A DNA stretch of 64,000 bases from Candidatus Zhuqueibacterota bacterium (GTDB lineage: Bacteria; Zhuqueibacterota; Zhuqueibacteria; Thermofontimicrobiales; Thermofontimicrobiaceae): NCBI GenBank assembly GCA_049322915.1, contig JBMOPW010000010.1, positions 1 to 64,000 on the forward strand, in the 5' to 3' direction. A model generated the notes under the pieces. That model did no database searches and was not told where the DNA came from. It worked only from the letters and a program-made list of their open reading frames with translations. Below, piece after piece: positions 53,901-62,415 of the stretch (position 1 is the stretch's first letter; each line of letters opens with the position of its first letter). The translations under genes and the position numbers were made by a program.

Positions 53901-56900
53901 CCAGGCCGGATGGCTCGCAGAACAATCGGCTGGTTGCCTATTATGTGCCTGAAGAAGGTGCCACAGTCGGCGTCACTGAATTAAGAACGTACCTCAAGGA
54001 ACGGGTGCCTGATTACATGGCGCCGGCGGCATTCATTAAACTGGATTCTCTGCCGCTGACAACCAATGGCAAAGTGGATACCCGCGCGTTGCCTGAGCCT
54101 GAGATGGATCGTTCCGAGATGGAGAGCGTCTACGTTGCGCCGCGCAACTCGACCGAACAGCAGATTGCTGTTTTGTGGGCGGAAATTCTTCACCTCGAGA
54201 AAATTGGGGTGCTGGATAACTTCTTTGATCTGGGCGGGCATTCGCTGCTGGCGACTCAGATTATGAGCCGCATTCGTCAGACATTCGAAATTGATCTGCC
54301 GCTGCGATTGTTATTCGAATCGCCGACAATAGCCGGGCTGGCGGAGCATGTTCAGTCCGCTCCCAGGATTTCCGGCAGCGAACAGGAACCCCCGCTGGTA
54401 CCCATGCCGAGGGACGAGCGGATTCAGTTATCATTTGCCCAACAGCGCCTCTGGTTCCTGGATCAGCTTGAGCCGGATAATCCATTTTACAATATCCCAT
54501 CGGCCATTCGCCTGCAGGGACGTCTCGATATCAATGCGTTCCAGCAGGCCATCGCTCTGGTCGTGAAGCGGCATGAAACCTTGCGCACGACATTCAAAGT
54601 GTTTGAGGGCGAACCCTATCAGGTCATTGCACCGGAGCTGGCCATCAATATTTTGAAATTGGACCTGACCGATTATTCCGAGGATGACCGGGAAGATAAA
54701 GCGCGCGAGTTGGCGCGCGAGGAAGCACAGAAGTCGTTCAGCCTGAGCAAGGGACCGCTGTTCCGCGTCACGTTGATCAAGTTGAGCAGCAACGAAACCG
54801 TCGTCCTGTTCACCATGCACCACATCATCTCTGACGGTTGGTCCATCAGCGTGCTCATTCGGGAAGTGATCACGTTGTACCAGGGATTTGTTTCGAACAG
54901 CGCAGTGCAATTGCCGGCGCTGCCGATTCAGTACCCCGATTTCGCCAAATGGCAGCGCACCTGGTTACAGGGCAAAGTGCTGGAAATGCAATTGACCTAC
55001 TGGGAGAAACAGCTCCGGAGCATTCCTTCCATCTTAGAACTGCCCACGGATTACCCGCGCCCTGCTGTGCAAAGTTTCAATGGCGCGACGCATACAAAGG
55101 ACATTCCGCGGCATGTGCAGGAAGCGCTGGAGCAGCTCTGCCGGCATTACGACGTCACCATGTTCATGATGCTATTGGCGGCGTTTCAATCGCTGCTGTA
55201 CCGTTACACGGCGCAGAACGATATTGTCGTCGGAACGCCAATCGCCAATCGCAATCGCGCGGAGACTGAGGGCTTGATCGGATTTTTCGCCAACACGCTG
55301 GTCATGCGCACGGATTTTTCCGGGGATCCAACATTGCCTGAATTGTTGAAGCAGGTGAGGGAAATGTCGCTCAATGCGTACGCCCATCAGGATGTCCCGT
55401 TTGAAATGCTGGTGGAGCGATTGCAGCCGCAACGGGATCTCAGCCATACGCCCCTGTTCCAGGTGATGTTTGTCCTGCAAAACTTGCCGGCGCAGACCCA
55501 GCGGCTGGAGCAACTGACCCTGAGCACTGTGGATACGGAAAGCGGCACAGCGAATTTTGATTTGACTATGGGCATTGTGGAGCGCAAGGACGGGCTGAAC
55601 GTCACCCTGGAATTCAACACTGACCTGTTCAAAGCGTCGACCATCAACCGAATGCTGGATCATTTCCAGACGCTGATGGAAGGGATGGTGGCCGAACCGG
55701 AGAAACGGATTTCCAATTTGCCGCTGCTGGTGAAGGCCGAAGAGCAGCAGTTGTGGATCGAATGGAATGCCACGCATAAAGATTATCCGCGCAGCAAGTG
55801 CATCCACGAATTGTTCGAATCCCAGGTCGAAACCACGCCCAATGCTATCGCTCTGATTTTCCAGGATCAGCAGTTGACCTTCCAGGAACTGAATGAGCGC
55901 GCCAATCAACTCGCGCGGTTCCTGCGGAAAAAAGGAGTGGGACCGGAGCATTTTGTCGGCGTTTGTGTCGACAGGTCCATCGAGATGGTCGTCGGCATGC
56001 TGGGCATTCTGAAAGCCGGCGGCGCCTATCTGCCCATGGATCCGGCCTATCCCAAAGATCGAATCCGCTACATGATGGAGGATTCCGGCGTCAAAGTGCT
56101 GCTCACCCAGCAGGCGCTGCTAGGCCATCTGCCTGAAAATCATGCGGAAAAAATCTGTCTGGATACGGACTGGCCGATGATTGCTGCAGAAGTATCGGGC
56201 AATTTGAAATTGTACTCGTCATCCTCGAATCTGGCGTACATCATTTATACATCCGGTTCGACCGGTCGGCCCAAAGGCGTCATGTTGCAGCATCGCGGTC
56301 TGTGCAATTTGACGCTGTCGCAAATAAAGATTTTCAGATTGAAGCCGAACAGCCGCGTCCTGCAGTTTGCCTCGTTCAGTTTCGATGCGTCTGTATCGGA
56401 AGTTTTCGTGGCCTTGCTGGGCGGCGCCAGCTTGCATCTGGTGACCAAAGAAACACTGATGCCCGGACCGTCCTTGATCGAGTACATGCAGGATAACAGA
56501 ATATCGATCATCACCCTGCCGCCGTCGGTATTGGCGATTCTGCCCGAGAACAAATTCCCGCATCTGAAGACAGTCGTTTCCGCCGGGGAAGCGGTCTCCT
56601 GGGAGATTGCCAATCGATGGGCAAAAGGCCGGCGGTTTGTCAATGGTTACGGCCCCACTGAAAATACGGTGTGCGCGTCCATGTACTGCGTCGATGAAAT
56701 GGAAGAGGGCTCAACGCCTCCGATTGGCCGGCCCATTGACAACGTTCAAATTTACGTGCTGGATAGGTTCCTGAATCTGGTGCCGCCTGGTGTTCCGGGC
56801 GAATTGCACATTGGCGGTGTGGGCCTGGCCCGCGGTTACCTCAATCGGCCGGAATTAACTGCTGAGAAATTCATCCCCAATCCCTATTCCGAAGATCCAG

Positions 56901-58366
56901 GCGGTCGCTTGTACAAGAGCGGCGACCTGGTTCGTTATCTGCCCAATGGCAATATTGAGTTTATCAGCCGCATCGATCATCAGATCAAAATACGCGGATT
57001 CAGAATTGAACTGGAAGAGATCGAATCTGTGCTGGCGCAACATCCCAAAGTGAAGGATGTGATCGTCGTGGTGCGCGAACACGTAGCGAATGATAAGCGC
57101 ATCGTGGCCTATTACATTCCGGAGGAAGGCGTAGAACTCACTACGTCTGAATTGCAGGCAGTGGTGCGAGCGCAATTGCCGGAGTATATGATCCCGTCGG
57201 CGTTCGTGTTGATGGATAGTTTACCACTGACTCCCAATGGCAAAGTGGATAAAAAAGCGCTGCCTTCTCCGGATTATTCCAGCACCGACTCGAAGAGGGA
57301 GTATGTGGCGCCCAGGGACACGCTGGAATTAAAACTCTGCAAGATCTGGGAAGAAATGCTGGGCGTCGAGAAAATTGGTGTGCTTGATAATTTCTTCGAA
57401 GTGGGCGGACATTCCTTGCTGGCCGTACGCCTGCTTTCCAAAATTGAACAGCAATTTGAGCGGAGTATTCCGCTGGTCACACTGTTTCAGAATCCGACTA
57501 TTCAGAATCTGGCGGAGTTGCTGCGGGTCGATGAAACCCATGAGACGTGGTCGCCGATAGTGGAATTGCACAATAACTCATCTGAAAAGACGTTGTTCCT
57601 GGTGCATCCATCCGGCGGGAGCGTTCATTGGTATACCAATCTGGCCCAGCAACTGGATCCGGAAATGTCGACCTACGGCATACAGTCCCGCGGACTGGAT
57701 GGCAAGCAAGAACTGCATTCGGAGATAGGCGACATGGCGTCTTATTACGTGGATGCCTTGCTGCGCGTGCAACCGGACGGGCCATTTTATATCGGCGGAT
57801 GGTCGCTGGGCGTGGTCATCGCCTATGAAATGGCGCAGCAACTGAAGGCCATGGGCCACGATGTCGGCCTGTTGGCAATATTCGACCAGGGCCCGTTCGT
57901 TCCGGACGAAGCGCCTGAAGACGATTCTGAAATGCTGGTCCAGATGTTCTCCCGATATTTCCCGTTGGACGTGCTGCAATTGCGGGAGATGGATGCCGAG
58001 GAACGGCTGAAATTCGTTTTCAAAAAAGCGAAGAAAGCGGGTATCATTCCCCTGTTCATAACGCTGAAACATTTCCGCCATTACATCGATGTGATCAATA
58101 TCCAAACTCAAGCGTGGCGGAAATATGATATCAAACCGTATGTCGGGAAAATCACCATCTTCAGGTCAGAACAGAATAGCGATAATATCGAAGCAACGCC
58201 GGATCTGGGATGGGGCGAACTGGCAGAAGGCGGTGTTGAAGTATTCAACGTTGGCGGAGATCACCTTTCCATGTTAGAGGATCCAAATGTGCAGCGTCTC
58301 GCCGAGCAACTGAAAAGGAGCATAAAAAAGGCGAACGTTGAAATGAAAGAGATTATTTATAAATAA
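47954..58366 (+). CDS. Terminal NRPS: (C-A-PCP)x3-TE (modules 11-13; Lys, Asn, Tyr)
   Basis: A codes DAEDIGTVVK, DATKIGEVGK and DASTVAGVCK. Three GGHSL PCPs. TE: HPSGG, GWSLG, GDHLSM. Confidence 0.96.
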   Translation: MTEQMYQKYEEDVFVFPASYAQQRLWFLDQFEPNSPFYNIPSAIRFKGELNSEALEKGIQEIVARHETLRTTFAAVGGKPMQVIHPTLTLPVTRIDLRRNAEAERLDRAAQLAREEARRPFNLSTGPLVRVTLLELDDNDHVVLLTMHHIISDGWSMGVLIREMAILYNAFSHDRPSPLPELEIQYADYAEWQQQYLTGDVLENQLNYWKQQLGDGLSVLELPTDRPRPLVQSSRGSVETLLIPKSVNDRLNELAKKHGATLFMSLLAGFQVLLYRYSGQQDFCIGSPIANRNRSEIEGLIGFFVNTIVLRSRVSAEMSYTELLKLAKETTLGAYAHQDVPFEKLVEALQPERDTSHTPLFQVMFSLQNTSTDVNVAMPQVHLSTLDVDAGTATFDISLLMAEEAAGLSASIEYNTDLFDAATIQRMLNHFHIILQTAVDQPELSLSKINLLTSEEQRQILKTWNQTEETFTGPFTLHERLEHQAARTPESVAVIYESEHLTYKELNERANRFARYLQTLGAAPETVVGVSVERSLNMVVALFGILKTGAAYLPLDPNYPRERLALMLEDSGAPILVTQKHLYEQFADVTCQVVCIDAALNKFADLDASDLNIPVDPKNMAYCIYTSGSTGKPKGVMLTHSSAVNHNFSISQLFRLSPDDHVLQFATINFDAAVEEIFPTLAIGATLVVRNNDILISGADLLRLIDKERLTVLDLPTAYWHEWVTELARSKITLPESLRLVILGGDKASPERFLTWKKLGGNRVSLVNTYGPTETTVVSTMYEPCAAENNTTDLIELPIGRPIANTKIYILDASMQPVPVGVPGELYIGGHGLARGYLQRPELTAEKFVPDPFSNNVGARLYRTGDLVRYRPDGMIEFSGRVDFQLKIRGFRVEIGEVESALRKNTRIQDVAVIATAGETASSEKRLVAYCACLPEDEVTPSELRDFLKAHLPEYMIPSLFVMMEELPKTPNGKLDRKALPDPTGERQNLVQEFIAPRNETEAKLAAIWREILGIEKVGVLDNFFEIGGHSLLATQVMSRIRETFQKELPLRSIFEDATIAGLARLIALVKTDEPGFTAPPIVPVSRDSDLLLSFSQQRLWFLDQLEPGSAAYNIPTAVKVHGALDKTVFHKCLKYLVQRHEGLRTNFREVAGRPVQVIAESLDIQMPEIDIRHIPAEERETEILRLADEDARKPFNLSADPLVRVTLIRADEEEYVVSVTMHHIISDEWSTNILIQEIAQLYDAFALDRPSPLPELTIQYADYAHWQQNWLRGEVLQTQLDYWKNQLAGSPPVLELPMDHPRPAVQTFNGSFISFELEQELSAGIIELSERSGATLFMTLLAAFQTFLFRYSGQKDIVVGTPIANRTRVETESIIGFFINTLVLRTDLSGDPTFRDVLQRVREVALGSYAHQDVPFEKLVDVLKPERELSHSPLFQVMFVLQNTPSRSHETNTGLLLSPIESHSGTAKFDLTLFMVEQDNRLFGTLEFNTDLFEESTILRMSRHFENLLRSIAFNPDLAISTLPLLSESEIQRAVIEWNATKQDYPGDKFLVQAFETQVKKIPTEIAVRYQGQELSYAALNEQANQLAYYLMKQGIGPEVMVGVEIERSLEMMVALLGILKAGGAYVPIDPSYPKERVDYILSDSGIPIILTQSKLMPSLPQTQVHLVQMDVDWDLIRNEKRTNPCVTIGGENLAYMIYTSGSTGKPKGTLITHRGLTNYLNWCLSEYPIRDGVGSLVHSSLAFDATVTGLFAPLLVGRTVTLVPETKDVEIVGSILKESENYSIIKITPAHLELLGQQLTPEEAQGKTRAFIIGGENLTSEHIEFWRKNAPKTKLINEYGPTETVVGCMNYLADPRSKRRGSIPIGFPIGNMQIYLLDSRLAPVPIGVPGEIYIGGEGVARGYHNRPDLTAERFIPTPFSDKPGARLYKSGDLARYLPDGNIEFLGRIDHQVKIRGYRIELGEIEAVLGQFAGVKEIVVVARPDGSQNNRLVAYYVPEEGATVGVTELRTYLKERVPDYMAPAAFIKLDSLPLTTNGKVDTRALPEPEMDRSEMESVYVAPRNSTEQQIAVLWAEILHLEKIGVLDNFFDLGGHSLLATQIMSRIRQTFEIDLPLRLLFESPTIAGLAEHVQSAPRISGSEQEPPLVPMPRDERIQLSFAQQRLWFLDQLEPDNPFYNIPSAIRLQGRLDINAFQQAIALVVKRHETLRTTFKVFEGEPYQVIAPELAINILKLDLTDYSEDDREDKARELAREEAQKSFSLSKGPLFRVTLIKLSSNETVVLFTMHHIISDGWSISVLIREVITLYQGFVSNSAVQLPALPIQYPDFAKWQRTWLQGKVLEMQLTYWEKQLRSIPSILELPTDYPRPAVQSFNGATHTKDIPRHVQEALEQLCRHYDVTMFMMLLAAFQSLLYRYTAQNDIVVGTPIANRNRAETEGLIGFFANTLVMRTDFSGDPTLPELLKQVREMSLNAYAHQDVPFEMLVERLQPQRDLSHTPLFQVMFVLQNLPAQTQRLEQLTLSTVDTESGTANFDLTMGIVERKDGLNVTLEFNTDLFKASTINRMLDHFQTLMEGMVAEPEKRISNLPLLVKAEEQQLWIEWNATHKDYPRSKCIHELFESQVETTPNAIALIFQDQQLTFQELNERANQLARFLRKKGVGPEHFVGVCVDRSIEMVVGMLGILKAGGAYLPMDPAYPKDRIRYMMEDSGVKVLLTQQALLGHLPENHAEKICLDTDWPMIAAEVSGNLKLYSSSSNLAYIIYTSGSTGRPKGVMLQHRGLCNLTLSQIKIFRLKPNSRVLQFASFSFDASVSEVFVALLGGASLHLVTKETLMPGPSLIEYMQDNRISIITLPPSVLAILPENKFPHLKTVVSAGEAVSWEIANRWAKGRRFVNGYGPTENTVCASMYCVDEMEEGSTPPIGRPIDNVQIYVLDRFLNLVPPGVPGELHIGGVGLARGYLNRPELTAEKFIPNPYSEDPGGRLYKSGDLVRYLPNGNIEFISRIDHQIKIRGFRIELEEIESVLAQHPKVKDVIVVVREHVANDKRIVAYYIPEEGVELTTSELQAVVRAQLPEYMIPSAFVLMDSLPLTPNGKVDKKALPSPDYSSTDSKREYVAPRDTLELKLCKIWEEMLGVEKIGVLDNFFEVGGHSLLAVRLLSKIEQQFERSIPLVTLFQNPTIQNLAELLRVDETHETWSPIVELHNNSSEKTLFLVHPSGGSVHWYTNLAQQLDPEMSTYGIQSRGLDGKQELHSEIGDMASYYVDALLRVQPDGPFYIGGWSLGVVIAYEMAQQLKAMGHDVGLLAIFDQGPFVPDEAPEDDSEMLVQMFSRYFPLDVLQLREMDAEERLKFVFKKAKKAGIIPLFITLKHFRHYIDVINIQTQAWRKYDIKPYVGKITIFRSEQNSDNIEATPDLGWGELAEGGVEVFNVGGDHLSMLEDPNVQRLAEQLKRSIKKANVEMKEIIYK

Positions 58367-58443
58367 CAGGTGCATCAATGCCTTTTTGAAACAAAGCGTG
58401 ATTCACTTAAATTCTCAAGGGGGAAAAAAGGGAGAAATAAATT

Positions 58444-59730
58444 TTGAACGAAGAGAAGTCTAAACCAACAAAACTGTGGAACCGGAATTACTTGCTGCTC
58501 TGGCAGGGCCAGGCAGTGAGCAAAATCGGTTCACAACTTTATCTGATTGCTATTGTGCTATGGCTCAAGCATGCGACCGAGTCAGGCACTCTGATGGGTC
58601 TGATGCCGGCCTTAAGCGGCGTCATCCTGGTGCTGTTGGGCCCGATTGCCGGCACATTTGCTGATCGCTATTCGCGCAGAAAGATCATTATTCTCACTGA
58701 TCTGTTGAGTGGGATTGCGGTGATCGCCCTCGCAGTGCTGGTGTTCTTGCATGGGGGGAATACTGAATTAGTTGTTCTGGGAATCTTTATTATTTCAATC
58801 ATCATGGCGATTCTTTCATCATTTTTCAGCCCGGCAATCGAAGCGTCCATCCCGGACATCGTCCCAAAAGCTCAACTCCGCGGTGCAAACACACTCAGTC
58901 AGTTATCCAATCAAATTGCTATGCTCATCGGTCAGGGATTGGGCGGGACATTTTTCATAATTCTCGGGGGACCACTAATATTCCTCATCAATGGTATGTC
59001 CTTTCTGTTTTCAGGCGTGAGCACGATGTTCGTCTCCATTCCGCAGTCCCTGCCTGAGAGCACGACAGGTGGTTGGAAAAAGCAGTTCCGGGAATTCAAG
59101 GCAAATACAATGGAGGGCTTCCACTATATCTGGCAGAAGTCCGGCTTGCGGGAACTGTTCAGCGTTTCGGCAGTTTTAAACTTCTTCACCATGCCGGTGA
59201 TTATCCTTCTGCCGTTTTTGGTGGAGGACCACCTCAAAGTGAATGTCGCCTGGTACGGAACACTGATGGCTGTGTACGCTGTGGGATCGTTGTTAGGCTA
59301 CACATTCGGCAGCATTCGAAAATCGAACGGGAGAGAGCGAAGGACGTTCATTATCACGTTCCTCATTCTCGAAGCAACGGCTTACGCGGTCATGGGTGTC
59401 GTTTCCTCGCTTGTCATGGCGATGATCTTAGCGACCTTCGCCGGATTCGCAGGAGGATTCATCACGCTCAATATCACCACGCTGTTGCAGATCACCACGC
59501 CGGGCAACATCCGAGGTCGTGTATTTGGCGCGCTGGGGACGTTGGTCGCCAGTATCGCTCCACTGGGCATGGCGCTGGGCGGCTTTGCTTTTGATTTGCT
59601 CGATAAAAATGTGACAGCCATATACGTGACCTGTGGTTCCGTAATGGCGGCTTTATCGATCATGATTTCGTTCAATAAAAAATTCCGCGAATATATTTCG
59701 TTCGAACTGGCTGAGGAAAAAGCTGTGTAG
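58444..59730 (+). CDS. MFS transporter, probable product exporter
   Basis: About 12 hydrophobic segments, MFS motif A GTFADRYSRRK, C-terminal RGRVFG. TTG start with GGGAG RBS. Confidence 0.9.
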   Translation: MNEEKSKPTKLWNRNYLLLWQGQAVSKIGSQLYLIAIVLWLKHATESGTLMGLMPALSGVILVLLGPIAGTFADRYSRRKIIILTDLLSGIAVIALAVLVFLHGGNTELVVLGIFIISIIMAILSSFFSPAIEASIPDIVPKAQLRGANTLSQLSNQIAMLIGQGLGGTFFIILGGPLIFLINGMSFLFSGVSTMFVSIPQSLPESTTGGWKKQFREFKANTMEGFHYIWQKSGLRELFSVSAVLNFFTMPVIILLPFLVEDHLKVNVAWYGTLMAVYAVGSLLGYTFGSIRKSNGRERRTFIITFLILEATAYAVMGVVSSLVMAMILATFAGFAGGFITLNITTLLQITTPGNIRGRVFGALGTLVASIAPLGMALGGFAFDLLDKNVTAIYVTCGSVMAALSIMISFNKKFREYISFELAEEKAV

Positions 59731-59852
59731 CGTAGATTCGTCGGGTATCCGAAGTAGAAATGACGAAATGAAATTACGCAATCAGGTCGGTTCGGTTGTA
59801 ATATACTGTGGCTTCCGCGTCGGGGGGATGAATTTTTCTGGAGGAAAAACCA

Positions 59853-60167
59853 GTGTCAGCGTATTGTAAAGCATATCAACTATCGGCATTGCGTCAATTC
59901 CCCGGCTGGATGGAGCAAAGAACATCGGGCGAACCCGTCGCACAGGATGGCAGCGGGAAGAATTCGATATCGGACCAACTGCGGGAAACAGATTATCTGT
60001 TTTTGCACGATAGCTATGTGGTGACGAACGGAATTTTCGAGGATAAAAATATCGTATTCGATCGGGTGACGCCGGAATGGAAAAAGTTCTGTCAGATAGA
60101 GCTGCAGTTCAATATTCCCGGCGACGATGCCGATAGACCCGGAGACAATCATCGGGTGAAAATTTAA
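59853..60167 (+). CDS. Small hypothetical protein (104 aa), YCKAY...FPGW...EW..FC type
   Basis: GTG start with GAGGA RBS. Protein-like composition. Co-directional, between the MFS and mbtH genes. Confidence 0.7.
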   Translation: MSAYCKAYQLSALRQFPGWMEQRTSGEPVAQDGSGKNSISDQLRETDYLFLHDSYVVTNGIFEDKNIVFDRVTPEWKKFCQIELQFNIPGDDADRPGDNHRVKI

Positions 60168-60480
60168 TAATACAACCTGTAATTCTAAATTAATTTGTTC
60201 AGCGCCGGTCTTCAAATACCAAATAGCGATTAGATACCAATAATCAAAGAGATAAATACAGAACTCAAGCAAAACATGATAGCATGGTTTAAGTGAGCAG
60301 CGGTTTGAAAATTGAAATTTTGGTATTGTTATTTATTTGTGGTTTAGAAATTGTTTTTTGGAATTTTCAGAATTCCAATTTAGAAATTCAGATACAATTT
60401 TAAGTAATGGGGCGCGGGTGAAGGTGTTGCTATGGACATACACCTGAAAAAATTGGGAACACTAAAATAGAGGTGACAAA
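60168..60480 (+). promoter_or_regulatory. AT-rich intergenic region, probable promoter for mbtH-TEII-PPTase-sulfotransferase
   Basis: Visibly AT-rich 313-bp gap. Inverted repeat TTGGAATT-N5-AATTCCAA at 60358-60378. No promoter boxes confidently assigned. Confidence 0.35.
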
Positions 60481-60699
60481 ATGAACAGAGAAGAAAGAGA
60501 AGATACCACGATTTACAAAGTTGTTATCAATCATGAAGAGCAATATTCGATCTGGCCAGCGGACAGGGATAATCCACTTGGCTGGAAAGATGCTGGCAAG
60601 ACCGGCTTGAAGGCGGAGTGTCTCGAATACATTAAAGAAGTCTGGACTGATATGCGTCCGCTCAGCCTGCGAAAAAAAATGGAGGCAATGGGTAATTAG
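60481..60699 (+). CDS. mbtH: MbtH-like protein
   Basis: [13 protein letters not shown]...P.GW...CLEYI...WTDMRPLSL consensus. RBS GAGGTG. Confidence 0.97.
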   Translation: MNREEREDTTIYKVVINHEEQYSIWPADRDNPLGWKDAGKTGLKAECLEYIKEVWTDMRPLSLRKKMEAMGN

Positions 60700-60732
60700 C
60701 CAGCCGTTTCTCCTGCAATGTTTAACTTTTTC

Positions 60733-60762
60733 CAAGGGGACTATCATTCGATAGTCCCCTTG
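60733..60762 (+). promoter_or_regulatory. Perfect 13-bp stem-loop downstream of mbtH, with no U-tract
   Basis: CAAGGGGACTATC-ATTC-GATAGTCCCCTTG. Confidence 0.55.
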
Positions 60763-60833
60763 TCGCATTCACCGAAAACGTGCGGATGAATTGTCGTTGA
60801 TTTGTACGTAATTAATAAACTTATTAAAATAGA

Positions 60834-61619
60834 ATGATTCCATCAACTAATGCTACAGCCTGGTTTGGGTATTACAAGCCTAAATCAGAGGCCACAATGC
60901 GATTGTTCTGTTTTCCCTTTGCTGGCGGAAATGCGTTGACATATCGGACCTGGGGCGATCTGCTGCCCCGCTGGCTGGATGTGTGTCCGGTGGAGTTGCC
61001 CGGCCGCGGCAGCCGGCTGCGCGAAGCCCCGTTCACCGATATTGCGACGCTCGTACCTTCACTGGGGCGCGCGCTGGTTTCGTTGCTGGATAAACCATAC
61101 GCGCTGTTCGGCCACAGTCTGGGCACGCTCATCGGTTTTGAACTGATTCGCTATTTCAGAAAAAATTCCCTGCCGCAGCCAGTGCACTTTTTTGTGTCCG
61201 GGCATACGTCGCCGAGTTGGCCCGGGACGCATCCGCCCATTCATAATCTGCCGGAATTCCAATTCATTCTGGAACTCAGAAAGCTGAATGGCACGCCCGA
61301 GGCAGTGCTGGCGAACGATGAACTGATGCAACTTCTTTTACCAGTGTTGCGCGCTGATTTTGCCATGAATGAAACCTATACGTATCGCGAGTCGCTTCCA
61401 ATTGACTGTCCCATCACTGCGTTCGGTGGAACGGAGGACAAGGATGTCACGCGGGAGAGTCTGGAGGCGTGGGCAAAGGAGACGCGGGGCAATTACTCAT
61501 TGACGATGCTCGCCGGTGACCATTTTTTCATCCAGTCGTCACAGCAGGTCATTCTGGCTTCGGTAGAAAACGAGCTGTCCCGGCATGCGCAACATACTGT
61601 TGCGAGGAGAGTTGGGTGA
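60834..61619 (+). CDS. Type II (editing) thioesterase
   Basis: RLFCFPFAGG, VELPGRG.R, GHSLG nucleophile motif, LRADF, GDHFF. Confidence 0.95.
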   Translation: MIPSTNATAWFGYYKPKSEATMRLFCFPFAGGNALTYRTWGDLLPRWLDVCPVELPGRGSRLREAPFTDIATLVPSLGRALVSLLDKPYALFGHSLGTLIGFELIRYFRKNSLPQPVHFFVSGHTSPSWPGTHPPIHNLPEFQFILELRKLNGTPEAVLANDELMQLLLPVLRADFAMNETYTYRESLPIDCPITAFGGTEDKDVTRESLEAWAKETRGNYSLTMLAGDHFFIQSSQQVILASVENELSRHAQHTVARRVG

Positions 61620-62362
61620 GCCTTGCTCAAAATGTCTGGAAGACGCCTCCTGAAAATTTGATCCTTGAAAATTCGGAGGCGCATGTCTGGAAAGTGCTGC
61701 TCAACAGATCAGACTCGCAGATTGACCGGTTGAAGACTGTCCTTTTGCCGGACGAACATACCCGGGCCGGGCGTTTTTATTTTCAAAAAGACAGGGATGC
61801 ATTCACCATCGCCAGAGGGATGCTGAGGATTATCTTGAGCCGCTATGTGCGCTTTGAACCCAATGAATTGGCGTTTGATTATTCATCATACGGCAAACCC
61901 TCTCTTCAGGCGCGGTTCAATGCAAACATGCTGCAATTCAACCTGTCCCATTCTCATCACATTGCCCTGATCGCAGTGTGCTGGCAGCACGAAATCGGCG
62001 TGGATGTGGAATGGATGCGCGATACCCTGTCTGACATGCAGATTGCAGAGAGATTTTTTTCGCCGGCGGAAGTGGCGGCGCTTCTAACCGTACCGCCGGC
62101 CGAGCAGAAGGGGGCTTTTTTTAATTGCTGGACCAGAAAGGAAGCGTTCATCAAGGCCAAAGGCATGGGCCTCTCCATTCCGCTGGATCAATTTGATGTG
62201 TCGCTGAAACCGGGTGAACCGGCCGTCCTGCAGCAAACCGGTTTCGAGCCGGACGAAGCCTGTAAATGGGCAATGATCGATGTCCCGCTGGAGAGCGACT
62301 ATCGCGCGGCGCTGGCGATTTCGAGAACGATAACACGAATTACATATTGGCAAGCAGCCTGA
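61616..62362 (+). CDS. Sfp-type 4'-phosphopantetheinyl transferase
   Basis: GKP, FNLSHS, IGVDVE, WTRKEAFIKAKG. GTGA overlap with TEII. Confidence 0.95.
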   Translation: MSLAQNVWKTPPENLILENSEAHVWKVLLNRSDSQIDRLKTVLLPDEHTRAGRFYFQKDRDAFTIARGMLRIILSRYVRFEPNELAFDYSSYGKPSLQARFNANMLQFNLSHSHHIALIAVCWQHEIGVDVEWMRDTLSDMQIAERFFSPAEVAALLTVPPAEQKGAFFNCWTRKEAFIKAKGMGLSIPLDQFDVSLKPGEPAVLQQTGFEPDEACKWAMIDVPLESDYRAALAISRTITRITYWQAA

Positions 62363-62415
62363 GATTGCGACAATTGAAGTCGAGTTTTTCACAGAAACGG
62401 AAAAGGGAACCTGTC

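Noticed and set aside
367..58111. Many long antisense and alternative-frame ORFs (e.g. 4686-6128, 14277-15776, 27948-29396, 39303-40559, 43970-45382)
   Set aside because: Shadow ORFs of codon-biased NRPS/PKS genes. They recur at paralogous domain positions and show no family motifs.
62266..62415. N-terminal extension of the sulfotransferase ORF
   Set aside because: Overlaps the PPTase; ATG 62416 with a purine-rich upstream sequence is more plausible.
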